Shown: piece after piece, positions 13,620 to 25,500 of the stretch
Layout: each line of letters starts with the position of its first letter
Numbering within the stretch: position 1 is the first letter of the stretch
NCBI RefSeq assembly: GCF_006345805.1
Contig: NW_021834000.1
Location: 1-55,413 of the forward strand
Direction of reading: 5' to 3'
DNA from: Octopus sinensis
Lineage: Eukaryota
DNA: 55,413 nt
Notes under the pieces: generated by a model
What the model saw: only the letters and a program-made list of their open reading frames with translations
Database searches by the model: none
Told to the model about the DNA's origin: nothing
Translations under genes and position numbers: made by a program

Positions 13620-13745
13620 TCGAAGTGCCTTGTTAATGAATCTCGAAACGTAAAACACATTTTCACCTTACCGAGCATCAAACTAATACACCTGCTTGTT
13701 GTTCATACACCTGTCTTTGTCTTTTGTTTTTCTAAAAATTTCAAC
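13620..13745 (+). mobile_element. Degenerate Penelope-like pLTR fragment, related to 32515 and 42500
   Basis: ctcgaaacgtaaaac...gagcatcaaactaatacacctgcttgtt similarity. Confidence 0.5.
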
Positions 13746-13868
13746 AATATGTGTCTGTGTGTCAGTGTACACGCGCTGGTGTGTATTTAAGACGAAATAT
13801 CTAAAACCAGAGAATAGTCTCTCACAAGAAATACCATGTATACTAAATCCGTTGAAAAGTAATACGTT

Positions 13869-13869
<1 letters not shown>

Positions 13870-13902
<33 letters not shown>

Positions 13903-14000
13903 TGTATGTATGTATGTATGTATGTATGTATGTATGTGTGTGTGTATGTATGTATGTATGTGTGTATGTATGTGTGTATGTATGTATGTATGTAGGTATG
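13870..14000. repeat. (TATG)n microsatellite
   Basis: Direct observation. Confidence 0.95.
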
Positions 14001-14089
14001 TCTGTATGCATATATATACATATATAAATTTGTGTACGTGTACATATATGTGTGTGTGTGTTTGTGTGTATATATATGAATGTACATAC

Positions 14090-14133
<44 letters not shown>

Positions 14134-14244
14134 TGTGTGTGTATACGTATATATATACATAGATATATATGTAGAAATGTATATACATGTGTTTATATAT
14201 ATATATATATATGTATATATACTTAAGTATGTATTTATATATAT

Positions 14245-14304
14245 TCTTATTCTTTTATTCCTTTACATGTGTCAGTCAATTGACTACAGCCATGCTGGAG
14301 CACC
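14245..14304 (-). mobile_element. SINE family A 3'-end fragment
   Basis: cagtcaattgactacagccatgctggagcacc. Confidence 0.7.
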
Positions 14305-14859
14305 ACATACACACACACACACACACACACACATACATACATATATATATAATTGCATACACACACACGTACGTGCATACATACATACATACATACATAC
14401 ATACATACATACATACATACATACATACATACATACATACATAATACATACATACATACATACATACATACATACATACAAAGATATGTGTGTGTGTATG
14501 AAATGTTTTGCTTACCAAACCGGCCACAAAAATACGATCATTGGCGCACTTTCAAAGTGGAAGGTCAACATTTAAAAGTGCCAGCAAACTTTCGGTGTTA
14601 AAGACTTAATTAAAAAAAAAAAAAGAAATCGTTGGGCCAAAACCCGTTCGAACGAGATTTAGATAGCCACTTGACCCAATACTACCCCGGGGTATTGAGT
14701 TAGGGGTGGACGGCGTTGTTTGAGGGTCAGGAATTCTTTTAAGCACTTACACACAAACCACTCTCTTCGCGTCAGCCCACAAACACACTTGTACATGCGC
14801 ATACAGACGCACGTTCATATACAAACATACTAGCGCCCGTATAGTCATGCGTCGCCTGT

Positions 14860-14941
<82 letters not shown>

Positions 14942-15216
14942 GTCTGTGTGTCTGTCTGTCTGTCTGTCTATCATCTATCTGGCTGTCTGTTTATCATCTA
15001 TCCGTCTGTCTATCTATCTATCTATCTATCTATCTTCTTTCTTTCTTTCTATCTGCATATCAACTTAGTTCTCTCGCTATCTCTCTCTCATATATACACC
15101 CATAATACATACATACATACATACATACATACATACATACATACATACATACATACATACATACATACGTCGACTCATAGAGTCAGTCATAATGCAAACT
15201 ATATTCTTTTATTCTA

Positions 15217-15730
15217 TTGGGTTGTCCAGTAAGTTCGTGCCGATTTTAAAGGAAAGAAAAAGGTCAATAAATACTTGCCATTACATTTTTAATCAACCAA
15301 ATATGAACCATTTTGTTGCAAAATGCGTCTCCATCTTTCCTTTAACTTGAAAATACCCTCTTTCCAGAATTGAGGTGGTTTCATGGCAAAGAATTCATCA
15401 AAGAATTTATCTTTTTACGACATCCAAGGAATTGAAATTTTTACCATTAAGACTATTCTGCAGAGACCTGAATAAGTGAAAATCCGAAGGAGCAATATCT
15501 GGTGAATATGGAGGGTGGGGTAACACATCCCAACCGAGCTGCAGCAATTTTTGTCTGGTTCCCAAAGAAACGTGCGGTCGTGTATTATCATGTTGGGAAA
15601 CAACACCCTTCCTGTTGGCCAATTCTAAATGGAGGTGTGGTAAAATCCTATTTTATGGACTCAACCACGTTCTAAAATAAGTCGAAAGATAAGCTACTAT
15701 AAATCGGCACGAACTTTCCGGACAACCCAA
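15217..15730 (-). mobile_element. Internally deleted mariner (Tc1/mariner) DNA transposon
   Basis: ~30-bp TIRs (ttgggttgtccagtaagttcgtgccgattt / aaatcggcacgaactttccggacaacccaa), TA at both ends; transposase remnant QHDNTRPH...[24 protein letters not shown]. Confidence 0.95.
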
Positions 15731-16184
15731 TATATGTAAATATGCACACATTCCTGAATATAATTGTGATTGATTATAAGGGATAGAGAAGAAGAAGAAA
15801 AAAATGTAAGAAGTTGATAGACAAGAAATGAAAAATATTTCTGGGTGTGTTAATATCAGTAATTTTCGTGATAAACAGAGCGGAACATAAAGTATGCAAG
15901 CATGCAAACAAACGATTAGAATACAAACGGACAGCTATATTCTTAGCAGTTGGACCATGTTAGTTGGATTCGGAGGAAATATAAACGCTGCTTAACACAC
16001 TGGGGACTCTCTGAATTTAAGATGGGCAGTCTTGTAAAATGACGAATTTTGCGATAATAAAGTTTGATATAAGGTTACTGCTGTTATTTCTGGAAAAGTA
16101 TGAAAGCTTCTAATTCTACAGCTTCAGTTTTAATGTAATTAAGGTTGAGCATTTGCAATGTTGTGGAGGAGCTTGGCTTGGCTT

Positions 16185-16320
16185 TGTGGTTAAGGTGTTG
16201 CACTAAAGATCATACGATTGTGGTTTCCATTCCTCGATTGGGCGATGTGTTGAGTTCTTGAGCAAAATATTTCATTTCACGTCACTCCAGTTCATTAAGA
16301 TGGTAAAAATGAATAGTTCT
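16185..16320 (+). mobile_element. Diverged SINE family C-like 5' part
   Basis: gtggttaaggtgttgcact...gttcttgagcaaaatatttcatttcacgtcactccagttc. Confidence 0.55.
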
Positions 16321-16574
16321 GCGACGGATCGGCGTTGAAGGTGGATATGTCCTTCAATAACGAATATCCGTCTTATTGAACGCATGCTTATTTTATATGG
16401 AAGCCATTTTGGTTTGAGCATTCATTCATAATTTCAGGAAATTTACAGACATACACATTCACACTCACACATACATAATGTGTAGATACACGCACACGTG
16501 TACACACACACTCACAAACAAACAAATAAACAGAAAGGCAGATAAACACATAGATAATAGATAAATAGATAGAT

Positions 16575-16618
<44 letters not shown>

Positions 16619-16731
16619 GCAGACAGACACACAAGTAGCGAGATACACAAGTAAAGAGAAAATATATAGACAGGTAGAGAGAGACAAACAGAAAACAGAT
16701 AGGTAGGTAAGTAGATAAAAAGATAGATAGA

Positions 16732-16800
16732 TTTCTTTATTGAGCCTCGCAGGGCGGAACACAGAGGGGACAATATAATGTAGATCAATAGGGATCGAAA
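16732..16800 (-). mobile_element. 3' terminus of Tx1-like LINE abutting (GATA)n
   Basis: Reverse complement resembles the 48600-48940 tail (gatccctattgatc...ccctg.g.ggc.caataaagaaa). Confidence 0.7.
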
Positions 16801-16904
16801 ACGTTTTGGAACGTATATACAAAGAAATAACAAGGTAACGTTTCAACAACAGAAATTCCTCAAAGGGAGAGAAAATATAACACTGACTAAGGTTATCAGT
16901 GGAA

Positions 16905-16983
<79 letters not shown>

Positions 16984-16984
<1 letters not shown>

Positions 16985-17160
16985 GTCTCTTTATTGGCCA
17001 CACAGGGCTGCACACAGATGGGACAAGTTACAAGGTAGAGCTTTTCTTTTGGGGGATGAAAAAAACAAAAAACAAAAGAAACAAAAAAAAAGGTGGCGTA
17101 GGTTTTCGATCAAAAGGGACCGTAAAAGGGAAAAAAAGAACAAAAAATTTTTAAAAAAGT
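16984..17160 (-). mobile_element. 3' terminus of Tx1-like LINE abutting (GATA)n
   Basis: Near-exact reverse complement of aaaagaaaagctctaccttg.aacttgtcccatctgtgtgcagccctgtgtggccaataaaga.act. Confidence 0.88.
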
Positions 17161-17666
17161 TAAAAAAAGAAGAAAAGGAAAAGCGAATGTATGGCCGAAT
17201 GGTCTCTCCGAATGGTCGAGTGGTTTATTTGACAACCAAGTTGTCACATTTTCAATCCACCTTCGTAGCAGCTTAGACCAATGTCATTTGCTCTTGGTCT
17301 TGAGTCGGCCTATATTTTTTGACTGAAGCTGCTTAGTCTGTGAAAACTTGCACAGAAGACCGTTGGACGGATTACATATAGATGTAATGACTTCTGATAT
17401 ATGTGAAGCCGGTTCTGCCTGAGAATTATGTTAAAGGGGATACTCAGACACTTTTTCAAGAGCAGGTAATTATGATGATAAACAAATGAATTCTCAATGG
17501 TGAACCTGACTATTTTGTAAATCGATTATAATGTATATATTAGCTATATATATATATATATATATATATACATAATACATATATAATACACTACATATAC
17601 ATACTTATACACGCATATACATATATATATATATATAATATATACACTAATATATATGTATGTATG

Positions 17667-17704
<38 letters not shown>

Positions 17705-17889
17705 CGTGTGTGTGTGTGTGAGCATATCGTGTTATAAAAATTTCCACTGTGTACATAGGGCACGCCCTACCAGGAGACAGAAAAGCAGACAGATAAACAT
17801 GCCACACACACACACACACACACACAGAGGCATGTCCTTGTATATATGTATATATACTTATGTATATAAACATACAAACATATATATAT

Positions 17890-17937
<48 letters not shown>

Positions 17938-18290
17938 TTTGCCAGTGCGCATAATTGTAAGTAAATGAACATAACATATACTCGCTGTGGGCTTTTGGAG
18001 GAGCCCAAATTATTTTCAAGGGATAGGAGTGGCAGGACTAGAGTACGAGGGAATGTCAGGTAAAGATTTTCTAATTAAAATATCAAGCTACCAACAGTTC
18101 CAATCGTTTGACTCCCATGACATTTCAAACTGGCGTTCTATACTTTTGACAAACGAACCTTAATTTGGGTTTTATTCGTAATTTATCTGTTACTACCGTC
18201 TGTGATTGGTTCACGGTAATTCCTCACGTGATCTGCTTCCACGTAGGTTGATTTATGTACGTGTTTGTGTGTCTGACTGTCTGAATGTGT

Positions 18291-18695
18291 GTAGGAGTGG
18301 CTGTGTGGTAAGTAGCTTGCTAACCAATCACATGGTTCCGGGTTCAGTCCCACTGCGTGGCATCTGGGGCAAGTGTCTTCTGCCATAGCCCCGGGCCAAC
18401 CAATGCCTTGTGAGTGGATTTGGTAGACGGAAACTGAAAGAAGCCTGTCGTATATATGTATATATATGTATGTATGTGTATGTGTTTGTGTGTCTGTGTT
18501 TTGTACCCCTAGCATTGCTTGACAACCGATGCTGGTGTGTTTATGTCCCCGTCACTTAGCGGTTCGGCAAAACAGACCGATAGAATAAGTACTGGGCTTA
18601 CAAAGAATAAGTCCCGGGGTCGATTTGCTCGACTAAAGGCGGTGCTCCAGCATGGCCACAGTCAAATGACTGAAACATGTAAAAGAGTAAAAGAG
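18291..18695 (+). mobile_element. SINE family A, full length
   Basis: Near-consensus copy. Confidence 0.92.
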
Positions 18696-18705
18696 ATATT
18701 TATTA

Positions 18706-18855
18706 AAATTTTATGTATTGATTAAGTCTTTCCTTGTTTGTTTTGCAAAGTAGTGGTTTTGTCTCTAATAATATTTTATAATATTTTACTATAAAATTGG
18801 ATTTAATCCTAAATCTGATTTTTTTCCCTGTAAATTTGGATTTATTCCCTAATAT
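18706..18855 (+). mobile_element. 3' part of the same Penelope-like pLTR as 38414-38770
   Basis: Matches 38620-38770 (agtggttttgtctctaat...taaatctgatttttt.cc.tgtaaatttggatttattccctaata). Confidence 0.8.
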
Positions 18856-18924
18856 TTATTATTAGTATATATATATATATATATACTTAATATAAAATAG
18901 TGCACCTTTAAAATTTTACCTTAG

Positions 18925-19140
18925 GTAAAAATTTTTATTTTTCATTTCCTTTGAAAATTGCTATTAAATGTGGTTTGGTCGTTTTGGCTGCTTCTAGCGT
19001 GTAAAAAAATTACCTGTTAAAGGGTAGTTTTCTCTTGTGTTTAAAGGTACACTATTTTATATTGAGAATATGTTGTCTATTGACTATTTATACTTGCTAG
19101 GCCACTGGTGGTGATATTTCTAAGGAATATTCGTTACCCT
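18925..19140. repeat. Unclassified AT-rich interspersed repeat, copy 1
   Basis: Homologous to 26045-26271. Confidence 0.8.
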
Positions 19141-19168
19141 ATATATGTATATATATATATATATATAT

Positions 19169-19544
19169 GGATCTTTTCTTTTTGAAGGCCAGATTTTTCT
19201 AGTTAACTAAAAAATTTGAAACTTCGTATACTGGTAGAATGTGTCAAAAGAAAACATTATTGTAAACAAAATTGAAAACAAAATTGTAATTTGTAACTTA
19301 AACGTAGTTTAATTTTAAGAATTTTAACCAATGAAATCCCAACATCTTCGAATATTAACCAATGAAATCCCAACATTCCTGCGTTATCGATATTGATAAA
19401 GAATTATAGCAGACGCACGACACACACACACATTTGCACAAGCACATAGTAATTAATATATAAGCGTACACACACATACAAACGGACATATACATACACA
19501 CACATACGCACACAAGCAAAATCTGGCCTTCAAAAAGAAAAGAT

Positions 19545-19546
<2 letters not shown>
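19169..19546. mobile_element. MITE with perfect 28-bp TIRs inside a (TA)n tract
   Basis: GGATCTTTTCTTTTTGAAGGCCAGATTT at 19169-19196 and its exact reverse complement at 19519-19546; (TA)n on both flanks. Confidence 0.9.
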
Positions 19547-19582
<36 letters not shown>

Positions 19583-19735
19583 TTATTAGATATGGTTTGC
19601 AAGATTCTTTATGGGAGTTCGTGTTTTGAAGCATATTTTGTTGTGTGTGTGGGGAAGTCATTCTCTTTTAGTGCCTTATTATTTAACACACTCACCGGTG
19701 GAAACTTTACGAGTGACTCTCCCCAGACAACAATC

Positions 19736-19789
<54 letters not shown>

Positions 19790-20158
19790 TATATATATAT
19801 GTATGTATGCATGTATGTATGAATGTATGAATGTATGTATTTATGTATGTATGTATGTATATATGCATGTATGTATGTATGTGTGTTCACACAAATAATA
19901 TAAATTCATTTTTTCATTACCAGTTTCAGCTCCAGAGCTGCTTCCATGCCTGGGCACCACTGTTAAAACATGGACCTCCTCGGCGGGAAATATATATATT
20001 GTCTGTGTTTTTATATAAATATGTTTGAATTTATACACACCTATACACATAAATACACAAGTAATTACACACATAAGTACCCATAGCGACTTCATCGTTT
20101 CGTGTATGCCGTGCATCTGTCTTGTGCATAGCATACTCTTTTTTTACTTGTTTTTTTT

Positions 20159-20531
20159 ACTCTCTTTTACTTGTTTCAGTCATTTGACTGTGGCCATGCT
20201 GGAGCACCGCCTTTAGTCGAACATATCGACCTCAGGACTTATTCTTTGGAAGCCTAGTACTTATTCTATCGATCTGTTACGGGGACGTAAACACACCAGC
20301 ATCTGTTGTCAAGCGATGTTGGGGGCAAAGAAAGACACGAACATATACACACACATACATATATATATAAACATATATAAGACGGGCTTCTTTCAGTTTC
20401 CGTCTACCAAATCCACTCACAAGACTTTGGTCGGCCCGAGGCTATAGTAGAAGGCACTTACCCAATGTGCCACGTAGTGGGTCTGAACCCGGAACCATGT
20501 GGTTCGTAAGCAAACTACTTACCACACAGCC
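20159..20531 (-). mobile_element. SINE family A
   Basis: Reverse complement of the consensus. Confidence 0.9.
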
Positions 20532-20924
20532 AAGAAAAAACAAATGTGGTCTCTTAAGTAAATTGATAGGGCTTTAGCTAGATGATCTACTCCCTTAAAA
20601 TTTAACCAGCCCTCCTTTGAAATAATTAACTATAACAAATGAAATCACCGTCGAAACATTTAATCACACGCACACACGGCGCAGCTTTTATTATAGGGTT
20701 GTAAATCAATGGTCTAAATTGGAGTAATAAAACCATGAAATGAATATAAAGAGAAGACTATGTTTACTAATGCATGACGAGTAGTAGGAAGATTGAATAG
20801 TTTGTCCGTTCAGTGGACTGAACTCGTTTTGACTGAAGTCACCTACGAAATTTGAGGGTTCGATGTGGATTCGTCCGCAATGATTCGTCTACAATATTTC
20901 GTTTACAGTTCGTCTACAAAACTT

Positions 20925-21459
20925 TGTGTGTGGTTGTATGCGTGTGTGTGTGTGTATTTGGTAGCATGTATGTGTGTAGTTGTATGTATGTATGTGTGTG
21001 TGTGGTTGTATGCATGTGTGCGTGTGTTTGTATGTGTGTGTGTGTGTGCGTGGGGCTGTATGTGTGTGTTTTGTAGCATGTATGTGTGTAGTTGTATGTA
21101 TGTGTGTGTGTGGTTGTATGCATGTGTGCGTGTGTTTGCATGTGTGTGTGTGTGCGTGGGGCTGTATGTGTGTGTTTTGTAGCATGTATGTGTGTAGTTG
21201 TATGTATGTGCGTTTGTTTGTATGTGTATGTGAGTGTATTTGGTAGCATGTATGTGTGTGTCTGTGTGTGGTTGTATGTATGTGCGCGTGTGTTTGTATA
21301 TATATATGTATGCATGGGGTTGTGTGTGTGTGTGTGGTGTATTTGTGTTTGTGTGGTTGTATGCATGTGCATGTGTGTCGTTGTATGAGTGTGTATGTGG
21401 TTGAATGTGTGTGTGTAGTTGTATGTGTGTATGTGGTTTTGCATGCGCGTGCGTGTGCT

Positions 21460-21505
<46 letters not shown>
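20925..21505. repeat. TG-rich compound minisatellite with a ~110-bp higher-order unit
   Basis: Recurring ggttgtatgcatgtgtgcgtgtgttt...gcgtggggctgtatg...gtagcatgtatgtgtgtagttg. Confidence 0.8.
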
Positions 21506-21506
<1 letters not shown>

Positions 21507-21837
21507 TCGCAGATGAATTGTATCCGTAGATAATTTGTTGTAGACAATTTCGCTGGATACCGGAGGAGTTAAGAGAGCATTCTCGCATCATGGTCGTTCA
21601 GCTTGCTTGATCGCTTAAATGTATGTCATGGATTCTCGGCCAAATCATTCATCCTCGTTATAACACAAAAACAGAAAACTCAGTAAGCGGAGCGTTTAAT
21701 AGTGTGTGTGTGTGTGTGTGTGTGTGTCCACCCGCCCCATATTTATACAATAAGCAGAACAAGAGGAGACACGAGGGATAAGAAGTCGCTGATGAGGTCG
21801 CAGAATGTGTGACAAAAGAGATTAGACAAAGATACTA

Positions 21838-21895
21838 AAATAATAATAATAATAACAATAACAATAACAATAACAATAACAACAACAATAACAAC

Positions 21896-21945
<50 letters not shown>
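21838..21945. repeat. (AAT/AAC)n trinucleotide tract
   Basis: Direct observation. Confidence 0.95.
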
Positions 21946-21946
<1 letters not shown>

Positions 21947-22159
21947 CGAAGCAAAAACAGGTATATAGAGCGTGTGTTTAATTGATAAAATATGACCATC
22001 CCCAAGTATAACAATATATATATATATATAATATATATATATATATATGAGAAATTCACTATATGACAAGGGAATAAGAAATTCGGTTATGAATTCCATT
22101 AGCTTACAGCCGTTTCTACTATAAGATGTAATGTACTCGAAATTGAGTGTTTCATATAT

Positions 22160-22294
22160 ATATACCGGAGTAAGCACATAAATATGAAACAGGTGGAAAA
22201 AGAGTACTCAAATACCAGAGGTAGAGTAATATACTTTATCTAAAAGCAGCAGAAATATAACCTGGTTATATTTCTGCTGCTTTTAAATAAAGTA
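22160..22294. mobile_element. Penelope-like pLTR fragment ending in a fold-back
   Basis: Reverse complement of 43780-43880; 31-bp inverted repeat at 22232-22294. Confidence 0.65.
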
Positions 22295-22349
22295 CATATA
22301 TATTATATATATATATTATATATATATATATAATATATAATATATATAT

Positions 22350-22750
22350 ACTCTTTTACTCTTTTACTTGTTTCAGTCATTTGACTGTGGCCATGCTGGA
22401 GCACCGCCTTTAATCGAGCAACTCGACCCCGGGACTTATTCTTTTGTAAGCCCAGTACTTATTTTATCGGTCTCTTTTGCCGAACCGCTAAGTAATGAGG
22501 ACATAAACACACCAGCATCGGTTGTCAATCAATGCTAGGGGGACAAATACAGACACACAAACACACACACGCATATATATATATACATATATACGACGGG
22601 CTTCTTTCAGTTTCCGTCTACCAAATCCACTCACAAGGCTTTGGTCGGCCCGAGGCTATAGTAGAAGACACTTGCCCAAGGTGCCACGCAGTGGGACTGA
22701 ACCCGGAACCATGTGGTTGGTAAACAAGCTACTTACCACACAGCCACTCC
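22350..22750 (-). mobile_element. SINE family A, full length
   Basis: Reverse complement of the consensus. Confidence 0.92.
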
Positions 22751-23010
22751 ATATATCCACACACAAAATGTAACGTTTTTCTGTGTATGTTTCAAAACCA
22801 TCCCTGTCGTTGTAAGTACCACGGGAATGATCAAGAAATTTTTTGACCAGATCCCTGGAAAACCAACAATCTATGAGACTCAAAAAATTGTGTTGACATC
22901 AACCGTCCACATTCTCAGACAGTTTCTCTCCATCTAATATATACTTGCTTTAGGTCTCTAGATAAGACTCGGTCAGAAGATGAAATAAAATGCAATTTAA
23001 TCGGAAAATA

Positions 23011-23061
<51 letters not shown>

Positions 23062-23063
<2 letters not shown>

Positions 23064-23670
23064 TCTATGGCAAAGACGATTATGAGCTTGAAGGACTATT
23101 ACGTACTGTGAAAGCATTCAGTAATGACATTGGGATAGAATTTGGTCTTGATAAAAGTGCCAAGGCCACTTTCAAGAAAGGGAAACTGAAGACCTCACAA
23201 ACAAACTGATGTAGACCGGAAGCACACCCATCAGTGGCTGCGGAGCTCAGGGCTAAAGGCAGAGAGTGAAGGCTTTATCTTGGCTGTCCAAGATCAGCGC
23301 TTATTGATCCGGAAATATCAGTCAATGTGATAAAAAATGGTGTAGTCCCAAAGTGCCTATACTGCAACGATGGGATAGAAACAGTGAACCACTTAATCTC
23401 TCGATGTAAGGTTTTAGCACCTGTAGAGTACAAGACATGACAGAGTTGGCCAATATCTACATTGGATAATGACTCGGCATTATAAAATCAAAACTGTTGA
23501 CAAATGGTACAAGCACCACCCAGGGGCTGTAACTTAGGGAGATCTAACTATTCTTTGGGACTTTCCAATATGAACAGACCGGACCATCAAAGCAAACAAA
23601 CCAGATATTTTAGTGAAAGATCAAAAACAATAAAGTCTGTTTATTAATTGACATGAGCATACCCTGTGTC
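23062..23670 (+). mobile_element. R4/Dong-clade non-LTR retrotransposon relic (RT end, CCHC knuckle, restriction-like endonuclease start)
   Basis: Frameshifted translation: YGKDDYELEGLLRTVKAFSNDIGIEFGLDK; HQWLRSSGLKAESEGFILAVQDQ; KCLYCNDGIETVNHLISRCKVLAPVEY; LWDFPI.TDRTIKANKPDILVKD..LLIDMSIP. Confidence 0.88.
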
Positions 23671-23792
23671 CAAAGGGTTTATTAATTGACATAAGAATAC
23701 CTTACGTCCATAGGCTTTATTAATTGACATGAGCATACCCTGTGTCCATAGGGTTTATTAATTGACATGAGCATACCCTGTGTTCAATAGGG
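23640..23792 (+). repeat. Four tandem copies of a 38-bp unit from the R4 relic end
   Basis: tttattaattgacatgagcataccctgtgtcca.aggg x4. Confidence 0.9.
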
Positions 23793-23799
23793 TTCAATA

Positions 23800-24355
23800 A
23801 AGAAAGTCCTAGTTAATTACTGGGGGTCAATGTAATTTACCTTCCCACCCCCTTAAAATTGCTGGCCTTACGTCAAAATTAGAAAGAATTACTATTATTA
23901 TTATTGTTAACGAGGCGAAGATGGTGAGCTGGCAGGGACGTTAGCCCGCCGGGCGAAATGCTTAGCGGCATTTCGTCCGTCTTTACGTTTTGAGTTCAAA
24001 TTCGGTCGATGTCAACTTTACCCTTCATCCCTTTTGGGGGTCAGTAAAATAAGTACCTGTTGAGCATTGCGGTCGATGTAATCGACTTACTCTCTCCCCC
24101 AAAATTGCTGGCCTTGTGCCAAAATTTGAAACCATTGCTATTGTTAACGAGGCGAGTGGTCGAATCGTTAGCACATCGGACAAAGAATATTTCGTTGTAT
24201 TGCTTTCCGAGTTCAAATCTCGTCGATTTCAACTTCGTCTTTCACTCTTTCGAGGTCGATAAAATAAGTACAAGGCAAACACTGGTGTCGATGTAATCGG
24301 TTTGCCCCCACCCCTCAGAAATTGTTGGCCTTGTGCCAAATTTAGAAAGAACTAT
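23800..24355 (+). mobile_element. Head-to-tail array of SINE family B (about 3 copies)
   Basis: Repeated ttgttaacgaggcga junctions and gtcgatgtaat / aaattgctggccttgtgccaaa motifs. Confidence 0.8.
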
Positions 24356-25004
24356 TATTACCGTTTTAACATAAAAGTCAATAGTCTTCGGTTCGTTTTG
24401 TTTACACACGTGTATTTTTTGTACTAATTTATCATTGTTAAATGAATTGCAACTAAATAATGAGTGTATTGAATCTGAATACCAAATACAACACAAATAA
24501 ATAAATACAGTTATATTCTATGTATTTTTTTTTTTATTTTTTAGTAAACAAAATTAAAAAAAAGGAAAAACGTTTCCCACACATATTGAAAGAAAACTGA
24601 GATTAAAGCTTGTGACAGAGCTTTAAAAACCAGCGGAAAACGAGGGAGAAAGTCGACATTTTGAATACACGAAAAGAAAAATTCACATCCAAAGAATGAG
24701 AACGAAATCGCCGTCATCGCTTTTGTTACTTTTAGCGTTGTTGTTGTCGTTGTTGTTGTTGTTGTTATGCTTCTTCTTCTTCTTCTTCCTCTTCTTCTTG
24801 TTTTGTGTGTTTAATGAATACGGTTATGCAAATACATACGATAAATATTTATTTATCACACGCACTTATGCGTTAAACAAGTACGGCTATTTGAATTTCA
24901 CTGCCCTTTTTATTTTTGTTGTTGTTGCTGTTGTTGTTTTTGTTGCTTTTTGCTTTTGTAATCAAAGATATCGAACAATGAGTGATCAGCCATGTTAACT
25001 TAAA

Positions 25005-25064
25005 GACGAGAAAAAAAGAGAGTGGGAAGGAGAATGAGGAAGAGAGGGAAAGGGAGAGGTAAGT

Positions 25065-25100
<36 letters not shown>

Positions 25101-25500
25101 AAAGGCAAAGTATGAGAAACAGAGTATATGAGAAGCAGATGGAAAGAAATAGATAGAAAGAAAAAGAGAAACAGAGAGAATATGGAAAGAGAGAGAAAGC
25201 GAGAGAGAGTGTGTGTGTAAGAGAAAGAGAGAGACAAAGAGAGCGAGAGAGAGAGAGACAGAAAGTGAGCGAGAGAGAGTGAGAGAGAAAGAGAGAGAGA
25301 GCCTGGACATAGAGAGAGAAAGAGAACATGAAAGAAATGAAAGAGAAATAAGGGAAATGAGAGAGAATGACAGAAAAAGAGACACAAATAGCATAAAGAG
25401 AAAAGAAGAGAAAATAAAAGAGGAAAAAATAAAAGACAGAAAATATGAACGAAGAGAGAGAGAGAGAGAAATAGTAAAAGTAAAAGAAAGAGAGATGGGG
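25005..25500. repeat. (GA)n-rich polypurine low-complexity tract
   Basis: Direct observation. Confidence 0.9.

Noticed and set aside
17170-17470. Possible exon ending in CAG|GTAATT
   Set aside because: Stops in all frames within a short distance; no recognisable protein
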